Shown here: one piece after another, positions 28,867 through 37,619 of the stretch
How positions within the stretch are numbered: position 1 is the first letter of the stretch
Layout of the letters: each line of letters starts with the position of its first letter
From: Bryobacterales bacterium
Lineage (GTDB): Bacteria > Acidobacteriota > Terriglobia > Bryobacterales > UBA6623
NCBI GenBank assembly: GCA_963422375.2
Contig: OY729427.2
Span: forward strand, 1,664,001-1,728,000
DNA: 64,000 nucleotides
Direction of reading: 5' to 3'
Position numbers and translations under genes: made by a program
The notes under the pieces: generated by a model
What the model was told of the DNA's origin: nothing
What the model saw: only the letters and a program-made list of their open reading frames with translations
Databases searched by the model: none

Positions 28867-30072
28867 CTAGTCTAACCTCACCTGCGCCGTCACCGACATA
28901 CCGGGGCGCAATATATTGACCGAGTTTCGAGTAGTTTCCACCTTAATTCTAACTGGAATTCTCTGTACGACCTTGACAAAGTTTCCGCTTGCATTCTCGG
29001 GAGGAAGCAGACTAAACTTCGCTCCAGTTGCCGGAGAAATGCTCTCGATCCAGCCAGAGATATCGAGTTCTTCGTAAGCATCGACCTTGACAATAACTGA
29101 TTGGCCTTGCCGCATTCCAGCTATTTGAGTTTCCTTAAAGTTCGCGGTAATCCAAATGTCGTCCAAAGAAACGACTGTGAGCAGTGGTTGGCCCGCTACA
29201 ACAACCTCTCCCTGTTCAACGCTTAGGTGAGTTACGATCCCGGGAACCGGCGACCTTAGCTTCGTACGAGTCAAATTGAATTGTGCTTGGGCCAATTCCG
29301 CTCTTGCAAGCCCCTGCAGTGCCTGCGCGGCTGATAACTCTGATTCACTTAGGTTAAGCTGGTCGGAGACCGTTTCAGCTCGGATTAGTTGAGCACGTGC
29401 TTCGGCAAGAGCAGCTTCAAGGGTTTCCAATTCACTGTTACGTGCTTCGAGACGAACACTTCGGGCCTCCATAGATGCACGTGCGGCCGCCATTCTCTTC
29501 CTTGCGATTTGCTCCAACTCCGTGGCCTCTTGCAGTTGTTGGCGTGATAGAAGACCATTCTGAAATAACCGCCTAGCGGTATTCAGACTTCGAGTAGAAC
29601 CCTCCACAACGACTTGAGCTTCCGCAAGAGTTGCCTTGGACTCTTCGAGCTCTGCAGAGGATTGAAGATGGGAAAGCCGAGCTGTCTCAAGACTATGGAG
29701 GACTCGCTGTACTCTAGATTGCGCCTCCTTGAGAATGGAAGAGGCTCTGATCGATACAAGAGCGATCTCATGCTTAGCTCTCAGGACATTCGATTCGCTT
29801 TCTTGTACCCTTGCATTTGCTTCATCAATGGCCATCCTAAAGGGGATGTCATCGATCTTGAGCAATAAGTCACCAGAGCTAACACGTTGGTTCTCGTTTA
29901 CATGTACCGAGTACACGGTTCCTCTGACTGATGCGCTTATTGCATGAATGCGACCATCAACTTGCGCATTGTCTGTGGATTCAATTGAAGGCCCCAATAC
30001 AATCCATCCAAACGTGGCACAAGCCGCGGCCGACACCACGACAATTAGTCGATTCCGCGTGACCGGACTCAC
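28867..30072 (-). CDS. emrA: HlyD/EmrA-family membrane fusion protein
   Basis: N-terminal TM, STDNAQVDG, long coiled coil, WITANFKETQ, SPATGAKFSLLPPENASGNFVKVVQRIPVRI; GTG at 30072 with a GAGGT SD. Confidence 0.93.
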   Translation of the reverse strand: MSPVTRNRLIVVVSAAACATFGWIVLGPSIESTDNAQVDGRIHAISASVRGTVYSVHVNENQRVSSGDLLLKIDDIPFRMAIDEANARVQESESNVLRAKHEIALVSIRASSILKEAQSRVQRVLHSLETARLSHLQSSAELEESKATLAEAQVVVEGSTRSLNTARRLFQNGLLSRQQLQEATELEQIARKRMAAARASMEARSVRLEARNSELETLEAALAEARAQLIRAETVSDQLNLSESELSAAQALQGLARAELAQAQFNLTRTKLRSPVPGIVTHLSVEQGEVVVAGQPLLTVVSLDDIWITANFKETQIAGMRQGQSVIVKVDAYEELDISGWIESISPATGAKFSLLPPENASGNFVKVVQRIPVRIKVETTRNSVNILRPGMSVTAQVRLD

Positions 30073-31060
30073 CGTGTGACCTCGGGGTGTCTTGGATCGG
30101 ACCTTGCGGCCATGGCTAGTAATGCTCGCAACGGAGAAGCATATCCTCTCCAGACTTTGATCGGCCAATAGGGTCTGGGCGGAGGTCGTAGGAATACCGT
30201 CATTCGCCGCGAGCGGTCCTGCCCACGTAGCAGGTCATCTGTTGAGGCGAAGCCGCGCGAGAGCAAGTGGGGCGAGCACATGGAATGAGTGACCTATACG
30301 CTTGTGAGATCCGCGCCTCTGCAGCCGCGGGCCCCAGCCGATCTTCAACGACCTCGACTTAGGCGAGGATAGCACACTGTGAAGATACACCTTCCAGGTG
30401 GGTCTGGGGGCAATCAGCGTGGCACTGGGGCGACTGCTTAGGTGCCTCTACGAGTGACTGCGGTTATTGCGGTCGGGCAAGCTGCGTGGCGGAGACCACA
30501 GACTGTGTGCAATCGAGCCCAGCTGGAAGAATCAGTTCTTGCGCTAGGTGCCGGATGGGCGCGCGGCGAGCCCAACGGCCACATCCCGCCATCCGCACCT
30601 TGCACGATATGCTCATCGACATCGTCATCAAAGAAGTCGAGCGGCTCGCGAGCGCCCGGATGGCGGGCAACGTTCCGGTCGGTACCGTTGATCGCGACGA
30701 CCACGGCGACGAGTTGCGGGACCAGCCACCCTGGCAGCACCTTACCGCATTCGCCATCGATATCAGGGTGGTGGTCGGCCACCTCGGCGTCAGCGGCTGG
30801 AAGTACGCGGCCGAAGGGGCGCCCTGCGAGCGCAGCTCGACTCGCTAGCACGGCCCCGGGCGCTGCGTTCTGGCCGACGCGCTGCACGCGCAGCGGCAGG
30901 CCGCGGTGAAGAGCGACGTTCTTGGGATCGACTATTCCCTGCAGATCGAGGGCAATCAGCCGACGCTGCGCAGCAACGTGCAGTCAGTGGGAGCGTAGCG
31001 GGACGGATCCGCGGAGCGACGCCTGCCGCCTAGATCCACGGCTGATTCATAGAGTCTTTT

Positions 31061-32210
31061 CTCCGAAAGCGATAGGCCTTGGAGACACAGCCCCACGGTT
31101 CCGCCCCGGTGAGACGTTTCTACGGCCGGGTGGTTGGATTGACGTCAGGGACCGGCGCGGGGCGCCGTTCGCGCGGGCTTCCCCTTCGCTCGCGCTGAGC
31201 GACCGGGCACCCGGGTTGGCCCCGTCCTAGGAGAGTGCCGGCCGCTCAGCCGCTCCGGACCCCGGCTCCAGGGCCGGAGCGGACTCGGCCGGCCGCCACT
31301 TCTCGCGCCCGACCTGCTGTCGCAGCAGCTCCGCCTGCACGCGCCGCGCCACCTCCGGCAGCAGCTCCGCCTTGCGCACCATCCGCAGCCGACGGGACAG
31401 GCTCTTGCGCGCCGTCAGCGCTTCCGGGTCGACGACCGGATCGCGGTAGGGCACGCCGTCGCGCCGTATCGCGAACGCGATGCTCAGGATCTTGTGCCCC
31501 GGCGTCACCACCGCGCGCCCCGTGCCCTGCCGCGCGGCCAGGGCGCGCTTGCGCGGGCCGAACTGCGTGTCCTTGGTGCGCGTCGCCGCGTGGGCGACCT
31601 CGCACGGGATGCGCCGCATGTACGCGTTGCCCTTGCGCCTGCGGCCCCCGCGGCTCTTGCCGGCCGACTCGCGGTTGCCCGGGCACATGCCCGCCCAGCT
31701 CGCCAGGCGCCGAGCCGAACCGGCTCATGTCCGCCCCGATCTCCGCCAGCAGCGCCGTGGCCGCCACCGCCCCGATGCCCGGGTGCGTCTGCAGCAGCGT
31801 CCAAAGCACCTCGCAGTCGCGTCGCACCGTCTCGAGAATGCGCGCTTCCAGCGTCCTGACGGCCTCCTCGGCGGCGTCCGGCAGGCTTGGCAGGAGCGCC
31901 AGCGTCTCGCGCGAGACGTGCTCCAAGCCGCCGTGCAGCGCCTCCGGCAGCTCCGGGATCTTCTGCCGGGCTTTGCCCTTGACGCCCGCCTCCAGCAGGC
32001 TCCGCGGGTCCTCCCCGCGCACCAGGCCCTCCATCAGGTTGCGCCCCGAGACGCCGTCCTCGTCCAGCACGCGATCACCCGGGTTCCGCAGCTCCGACGC
32101 CACGTCACTCAGGGTGCGCGTGCAGCCGCGTCACGCGCCGCAACGCGTCCTGCGAGCTCGCCCGCACCAGTCCGAAACGCGCCAGGATCGCCAGCCAGTG
32201 GCTGTCGGAC
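31061..32210 (-). mobile_element. IS110-family element, 5'-truncated and frameshifted
   Basis: PGIGAVAATALLAEIGADMSRFGS, then GMCPGNRESAGK..RKGNAYMRR..AHAATRTK (Tnp_20 domain with conserved Ser in ESAGK); ~170 nt 3' non-coding end. Confidence 0.85.
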
Positions 32211-34240
32211 CAGCGGTTCTGAACTTGGCCATCAAGGTGGTGGGTGAACGTTGTTGCGGAGGATGAAGTGAACAAGTTGACCGAGAGGTCGTGGCTATTG
32301 AGGCCGCCCCTAGGGAGCGTCGGATGGCTAGCAGAGCTGTGTCGCGACCCCGCGACGGGTCCGCTTGGTGCCGGGCCCGCGACAGGACGCACCCCGGCGG
32401 TAGCCGGCCGCCGCGGTCGACCGCTCGCCGGACGCTGCCGGCGCGAAGCTGCGCGGAGGCTAGGCCCCGGCCGGCTGGCACCCTGGCGTCGCGCACCGCC
32501 GCCAGCAGAGTCGGCCAGTCCGGGAAGCAGAACCACTGCAGCGCGGCCTGCAGCTGCCGGAACAAGCCGCGGCGCGTGACCAGCTTGCGCCGGCACTGCC
32601 GCCACAGCGCGCAGACGCACTGCAGCACGGCATGGAGCGCGAAGGCGAACAGGTTCAGCGCGGCCAGCACGTTGGACAGCGCGGCCTTGCCGTGCCCGAA
32701 GTTGCAGCCGTGCCGCGCCAGGCAGTTGAAGCCCTCGTTCTCGATCTTCCAGCGCGCCTGGCCGCCCCGCGCGGTCCGCTCCACGTTGTTCGCGGTGACC
32801 GCGAGACTGGTGAAGAAGCTGTTGGTGCAGGTGCGCTTGTCGCCGCGCTCCACCGCGTACTCGATCCAAGTGCCCTGCCGGGCCTCGGGGCCCTTGCACA
32901 GGGGCACCGCGTCCGTCCAGCGGAGGCGGTGCCGCTCGGACCGCTTGCCCGGGCCGCCGCGCGCCTGCCGATTCTCCAGCACCTTGTACAAGTGCTTGTG
33001 GGATCCGGGCTTGCATACCCGGACCTGATTACCAACGAACGTCAGCCGAGGATATGCTATACTGGAGGAGGTCGGAAACCTCTGACAGGAAAGGGGATAG
33101 CTGATGAAACGCAATCGCGTGCAATTCCAGAAGGGACTCAGCCCGGGCAAGTTCCTGCAGCGCTACGGCAGCGAGGGGCCATGCGAGCAGGCCGTCTTCA
33201 AGGCCCGCTGGCCGGACGGCTTCCGCTGCCCGGAGTGCGGCTCCCGGCGGCACTGCCGCATCCGCTCCCGCAAGCTCCGGCAGTGCCATGCCTGCCACCG
33301 CCGGACCTCCCTCGTCGCCGGCACGATCTTCGCCGCCACCAAGCTGCCGCTGACCGTCCGGTTCCTGGCGCTCCACCGGCTGACGCAGGGCCAGCACGGC
33401 GTTTCGTCGCTGGAACTGGCGCGGCAGCTGGGGGTCAGCCGGAACACGGCTTGGAAGATGAAGCACAAGCTCTTGCAAGTGATGAAGGAGCGCGACGAGC
33501 GCGTGCCGCCGGGCGGCATCGTGCAGGTGGACGACGCCTACTGGGGCCTGCTGGGGCGGGGAGCGGACCGGCGGCAAGCGCGGGCGCGGCCGACGCCGGC
33601 TGCGAGCACGTGCCGACCGTCACCGGAGGCGGGAAGCGGAGCTGCGCGGATTCCCGCTTCGTCCGGGTCAGCACGATGCTGGCGAACGTCAAGCAGTCCC
33701 TGGCGGGAACCTGCCATGCGCTCGACGGCAAGCACCTGCCGCGCTACCTCGCCGAGTTCCGCTACCGCTTCAACCGCCGCTACGATCTCGAGGCGCTGGT
33801 CCTCCGCCTGCTCCACGCCTCCGTGCGCACCCCGCCCATGCCGTACCGCCTCCTAACCTTGGCTGAGTCTTGTGGGTAATCAGGTACCCGGATGTAGTCC
33901 ATGCCGGCGGCTGCAGCGGCCTCGCAGACCGGCTGGCAGCAGTACAGATCGTCGCCCGGCAGGCCAGCAGCCAGGCGCCGTGAGCGGCGATCCAGCGCCT
34001 GGCTGCGTTGCGCTCGCAGTCCTGCTCGCGCTCGCCCTCGCTCAGGTCGGCGCGGGTCGCGGCCGGGTCCTGCGGCGGGCGCACGAACTCGGGCATCAGC
34101 GGCAGGACGGTGGCGTGGCCGACGGCCACGGTGTGGAAGTACTCCGGCCGGCGCTCGCTGCCGATGTGCCGCACGGAGCACTGCGGGCAACGTACCGTGT
34201 CGGAGCGGTGGAACTGGACGTCGTCCACTTCCACCAGCAG
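32211..34240 (-). mobile_element. ISNCY-like transposase pseudogene interrupted by IS1595; its 3' end is copy 4 of the ~200 bp repeat (32211-32416)
   Basis: CPQCS..EYFH, MPEFV.P, QDCERNAARRW, GDDLYC.QP.CE, YIRV|CKPGSHKHLY, ARWKIENEGFN.L..HG.NFGHG; terminal CAGCGGTTCT. Confidence 0.82.
33024..33884 (+). mobile_element. IS1595-family element with both ends and an internal deletion
   Basis: TIRs CCTGATTACCAACGAACGTCAGCCGAGG and CCTGATTACCCACAAGACTCAGCCAAGG; perfect 8-bp target duplication TACCCGGA (33016-33023 and 33885-33892); ORF from 33104 MKRNRVQFQKGLS. Confidence 0.95.
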
Positions 34241-34539
34241 GCGCTCGTCGAGGCGCTGGAAGGGCTCGTTGGCTTCAATGCTGGCATCGACATTGATCGC
34301 CTAGCCCGAGCGCTGAGTCGCGAGCAGACCGCTACCGCTCGCCACTGATGCGCGTATTGCAGGCTCTGGCCGAAGTCAGCCGATTCGGCTGTTGTGATCA
34401 GATCCTCGACGCGAGACCTTCCTTCTCGGTCCGCCGTAAAGGGAAGCGTAGGCCCTGCCAGCAGGCGTTGGGGGGAGCGGCGAGCGAATGGAACCGCTTC
34501 ATCGTCCGAGCGTCCGGGTCTGCTACGGTATCGATTCCC

Positions 34540-35661
34540 ATGCGGATCTTGGTCCCCAATCTCGGGTCGACGTCGCTGAAATTCAAGCTTCTCGCGTTCC
34601 CGGACGAGCGCGAGCTGGCCTCCGGCCGCATGGAGCGGATCGGGCGCCCGGGCGGCGACGCGGCCAGCTATCCCGAAGCGATCCGACAGGTCCTCCACGC
34701 GGTGGGCGAGGTCGAGGCTGTCGGCTTCAAGGCGGTGCATGCCGGCCCGCGCTATCGCGGGACGCACTTGGTGGACGACGGCCTGCTGGCGGCCTTGGAA
34801 GAGTACGAACCCGTCGCTCCGCTGCATAACCGGATCTACTTGGACGGGATCCGGGGATTCCGCTCGCAGCGCCCCGGCCTCCCGCTTGTCGCGGTCATGG
34901 AAACGGCGTTTCACCGCACGATACCCGCCTGGGCCAGCGCCTACGGTCTGCCCGCGGAATGGCGCCGTGACTACGGGGTCCGCCGCTACGGCTTTCACGG
35001 AGCATCGCACCGCTCCGTCGGGGAGCGCCTGCCGCGCCTCCTGCAGGCGCGAACCTCGGGCCTTAAGTCGATATCCTGCCATCTCGGCGGCAGCTCGTCG
35101 GTGTGCGCGATCCGTGACGGTCGCTCGTGCGATGTGTCGATGGGCTTCTCCCCGCAGACCGGGGTCGAGAACGCGACCCGCCACGGTGACTTGGATCCCT
35201 TCGCGGTGCTCTTCCTGATGGACCGCCTTGGCGTCGGCGCATCGGAGATGCGACGGCGCTTGGTCAATGACGGCGGGCTCGCGGGACTGTCCGGAATTCC
35301 TGGAGGCGATGTCCGCGATATCGAAGCGGCCGCGGCGGACGGCTCGGAGGCCGCCGAACTGGCGCTGGCGGTGTTCGCCTACCAAGTGAGGAAGGCGGTC
35401 GGAGCGTTCTCAGCGGCCATGGGAGGCCTCGACGCGCTCGCCTTCACGGGCGGCATTGGCGAAAACTCGCCCTCCATGCGCGAGCGCATCTGCGCCGGTC
35501 TCGAGTTTCTCGGGATCGAGCTGGACCGGGCTAGGAACGTCTCGGCCGTGCCGGACTGCGGCATCGGACGCGCGGGCAGCCGCGTCGCCTGCTTGGTTCT
35601 GGCCGCCAGGGAAGAGCTGGGAGTCGGGCGATCCGTCTTTCGTCTCTTGCGCACAGTCTAG
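34540..35661 (+). CDS. ackA: Acetate/propionate kinase
   Basis: ILVPNLGSTSLKF, APLHN, ETAFH, RRYGFHGASH, CHLGGSSS, SMGFSP, FTGGIGENS, EE. Confidence 0.93.
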   Translation: MRILVPNLGSTSLKFKLLAFPDERELASGRMERIGRPGGDAASYPEAIRQVLHAVGEVEAVGFKAVHAGPRYRGTHLVDDGLLAALEEYEPVAPLHNRIYLDGIRGFRSQRPGLPLVAVMETAFHRTIPAWASAYGLPAEWRRDYGVRRYGFHGASHRSVGERLPRLLQARTSGLKSISCHLGGSSSVCAIRDGRSCDVSMGFSPQTGVENATRHGDLDPFAVLFLMDRLGVGASEMRRRLVNDGGLAGLSGIPGGDVRDIEAAAADGSEAAELALAVFAYQVRKAVGAFSAAMGGLDALAFTGGIGENSPSMRERICAGLEFLGIELDRARNVSAVPDCGIGRAGSRVACLVLAAREELGVGRSVFRLLRTV

Positions 35662-35696
35662 CCCGGCCTCCCCTAGCGCGAGGCACCGCCTGTCCA

Positions 35697-37364
35697 TCAG
35701 GGCAGCCAGAGGACGCCCTTTGCCAGCGCGATCAGGGCGACGACCACGAGCGCCGCCAGCGCGAGGCCGTTGAAGTCCACGCGGAAGCGCCGGTAGACGG
35801 CGGCGAGCCCCCTCTCGAGACCTAGGTCGAACAGATGCACGAACAGCAGGGCGATGCCCGGCTTGTCGTCGTCAGCTTCCCGCCCGGTCTTGGCGTCCCA
35901 GCGCGACGCGCGGTCTAGGCGCTGGTAGAACGGTGCCAGCCGCCCCTCGGACTCGGGCGGCGTGGCGAGGCTGATCAGCGCGAGGGCCGCGAAACCGGTA
36001 ACCAGCGCGATGGCGAAATTGGCCGCCTCCCACTGGAGCAATACGCCGTATTCCCGATGCGTGAGGGTGAAGAATACCGTCGAGGAGACCGCGAGGCTGG
36101 CTAGAGCCCCCCAACGGTTCGCTCGCTTCCACGAGATCGCGCCGAACATGCTGATGCCCATGAAGGCCGCGATCGTCTCCGTGAATAGGAACGCCTGCAG
36201 GACGCTGCCGACGTAAAGGCCGAACACAACCCCCAGCAGCGTCATCGCCACGCCGGCGAAGCGGCCCGCCCACAGGTAGTGCCGGTCGCTGCGGCCCTTG
36301 GCGATGTACCGGTTGTAGAAGTTCTGCGTGAATAGCGCGGCGCTGTCGACCATGAAGGCGGAGCCGGTCGACATGTTGGCCGCGAGCACGCAGGCGATCA
36401 TCAGCCCCAGGCCGCCCGGGAAGAGCAGCTCCCGTGTCGCGTACCCGAACGCGTCCTCCGGATCCGCGAAGGCTGCTTCGCCTCTCTGGATGACCAGCGT
36501 GGCCACGATCACCCCGACCAAGGCCCAGCCGATCGTGCAAAACCGCTTGATGAAGTTGCCGTAGGCCATGCCGATCCGGCACGAGCGCTCGTCCCGCCCC
36601 GTCCCGACGCTGGCGAGGATGTGCGGCTGGGCCACGATGCCGACCAGCCCGTTCAGCGTCAGCATGAGGATGGTGAACACCCCCACGTCGCCCGGCGTGA
36701 CCATCGACAGCATTCCCGGCTCGAGGGTCTCGCGAATCCCGGTGAAGCCGCCGGTCTCGCGCAGTCCCAGCGGGATCAGCAGGAAGCTCAGAACGACGAT
36801 GAACAGGCTCTGAGCGAAGTCGGTATAGGCCGCGGCCACGAGCCCGCCCACGAAGCTGTAGAGCAGGAAGGTCGCGGTCATGGCGAGCACCACGGCGTTG
36901 GCGGACACGACCTCCCCGGAGGCGACGCTCACGAGCTTGCCCGCCCCCTTGAGCATCGCGCCCATGTTGAACGTGAAGTAAGCGAGGGCGAACACCGTGT
37001 AGACAGCGCTCATCCATTCGCCGTAGCGGTCACGGTAGACTTCGCCGGTGGTGGTGCGGCGGAAGCGGCGGAAGAGAGGGGCGAGGATCCAGTAGAAGGG
37101 GGTGATGAAAAGGTTCTTCCACTGGTACCAGATGCCCGAGTAGCCGGACTGGTAAATCTTGCCGGCCAGCGACACGGGCATCTCGGCGTGCGTGCCCACG
37201 CCGAGGGCCTGCCCGATGACGAGCCAGACATTGAAGCTGCGGTTGCCGAGAAAGTAGTCGGCCGTTTTCCGGACCTTGCGGGAGGCCGCCAGTCCGATCG
37301 CGACCATTGCCGCGAAGTACAGCGCGATGACAATCCAGTCGATGGCTTGGAGGCTTGCCGCCAT
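35697..37364 (-). CDS. Sodium:solute symporter family transporter
   Basis: IDWIVIALYF, DYFLGNR, YSFVGGLVAAAYTDFAQ, GLMIACVLAANMST; multiple TM helices. Confidence 0.93.
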   Translation of the reverse strand: MAASLQAIDWIVIALYFAAMVAIGLAASRKVRKTADYFLGNRSFNVWLVIGQALGVGTHAEMPVSLAGKIYQSGYSGIWYQWKNLFITPFYWILAPLFRRFRRTTTGEVYRDRYGEWMSAVYTVFALAYFTFNMGAMLKGAGKLVSVASGEVVSANAVVLAMTATFLLYSFVGGLVAAAYTDFAQSLFIVVLSFLLIPLGLRETGGFTGIRETLEPGMLSMVTPGDVGVFTILMLTLNGLVGIVAQPHILASVGTGRDERSCRIGMAYGNFIKRFCTIGWALVGVIVATLVIQRGEAAFADPEDAFGYATRELLFPGGLGLMIACVLAANMSTGSAFMVDSAALFTQNFYNRYIAKGRSDRHYLWAGRFAGVAMTLLGVVFGLYVGSVLQAFLFTETIAAFMGISMFGAISWKRANRWGALASLAVSSTVFFTLTHREYGVLLQWEAANFAIALVTGFAALALISLATPPESEGRLAPFYQRLDRASRWDAKTGREADDDKPGIALLFVHLFDLGLERGLAAVYRRFRVDFNGLALAALVVVALIALAKGVLWLP

Positions 37365-37442
37365 TGCGCGAAGCGCCGATTATACGGGCTAGCGCTCGAT
37401 TGCGCCTTCGCCCGACCCGCCAGCCGCCCCTGAAGGGGGGGA

Positions 37443-37520
37443 TGGCGTCCCCAGCGGGATTCGAACCCACGTTGTCGCCGTGAAAGGGCGGTGTCCTAGG
37501 CCTGACTAGACGATGGGGAC
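37443..37520 (-). tRNA. tRNA-Glu (UUC)
   Basis: Revcomp GTCCCCATCGTCTAGTCAGGCCTAGGACACCGCCCTTTCACGGCGACAACGTGGGTTCGAATCCCGCTGGGGACGCCA; cloverleaf with encoded CCA. Confidence 0.97.
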
Positions 37521-37619
37521 GTTCGGCCGGAAGGCATGCAGGCTGCCCTGTCGCGATCATAGCACGTGCGGGCCGGGTCGCGGCCCGCACGGCGAGATCC
37601 CAAGGTGCTGCCGACCCGG

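Noticed and set aside
30180..31040. Coding-like fragment IRTLHDMLIDIVIKEVERLAS..PWQHLTAFAIDIRVVVGHL
   Set aside because: Codon pattern suggests a decayed gene, but there is no start/stop context or family I can identify.
21417..32416. ~200 bp repeats as a CRISPR array or REP cluster
   Set aside because: Copies are long, dispersed and have no spacer periodicity; there are no cas genes; one copy is the end of a transposase element.
15686..33884. Inverted IS1595 pair as a composite transposon moving the whole island
   Set aside because: The right copy has its own perfect TSD on both sides and sits inside another IS, so it inserted independently; the outer flanks (AATACCGT vs TACCCGGA) do not match.
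34243..34348. ALVEALEGLVGFNAGIDIDRL as an HMGL-like C-terminal remnant
   Set aside because: About 35 residues only; the similarity is suggestive but not supportable.
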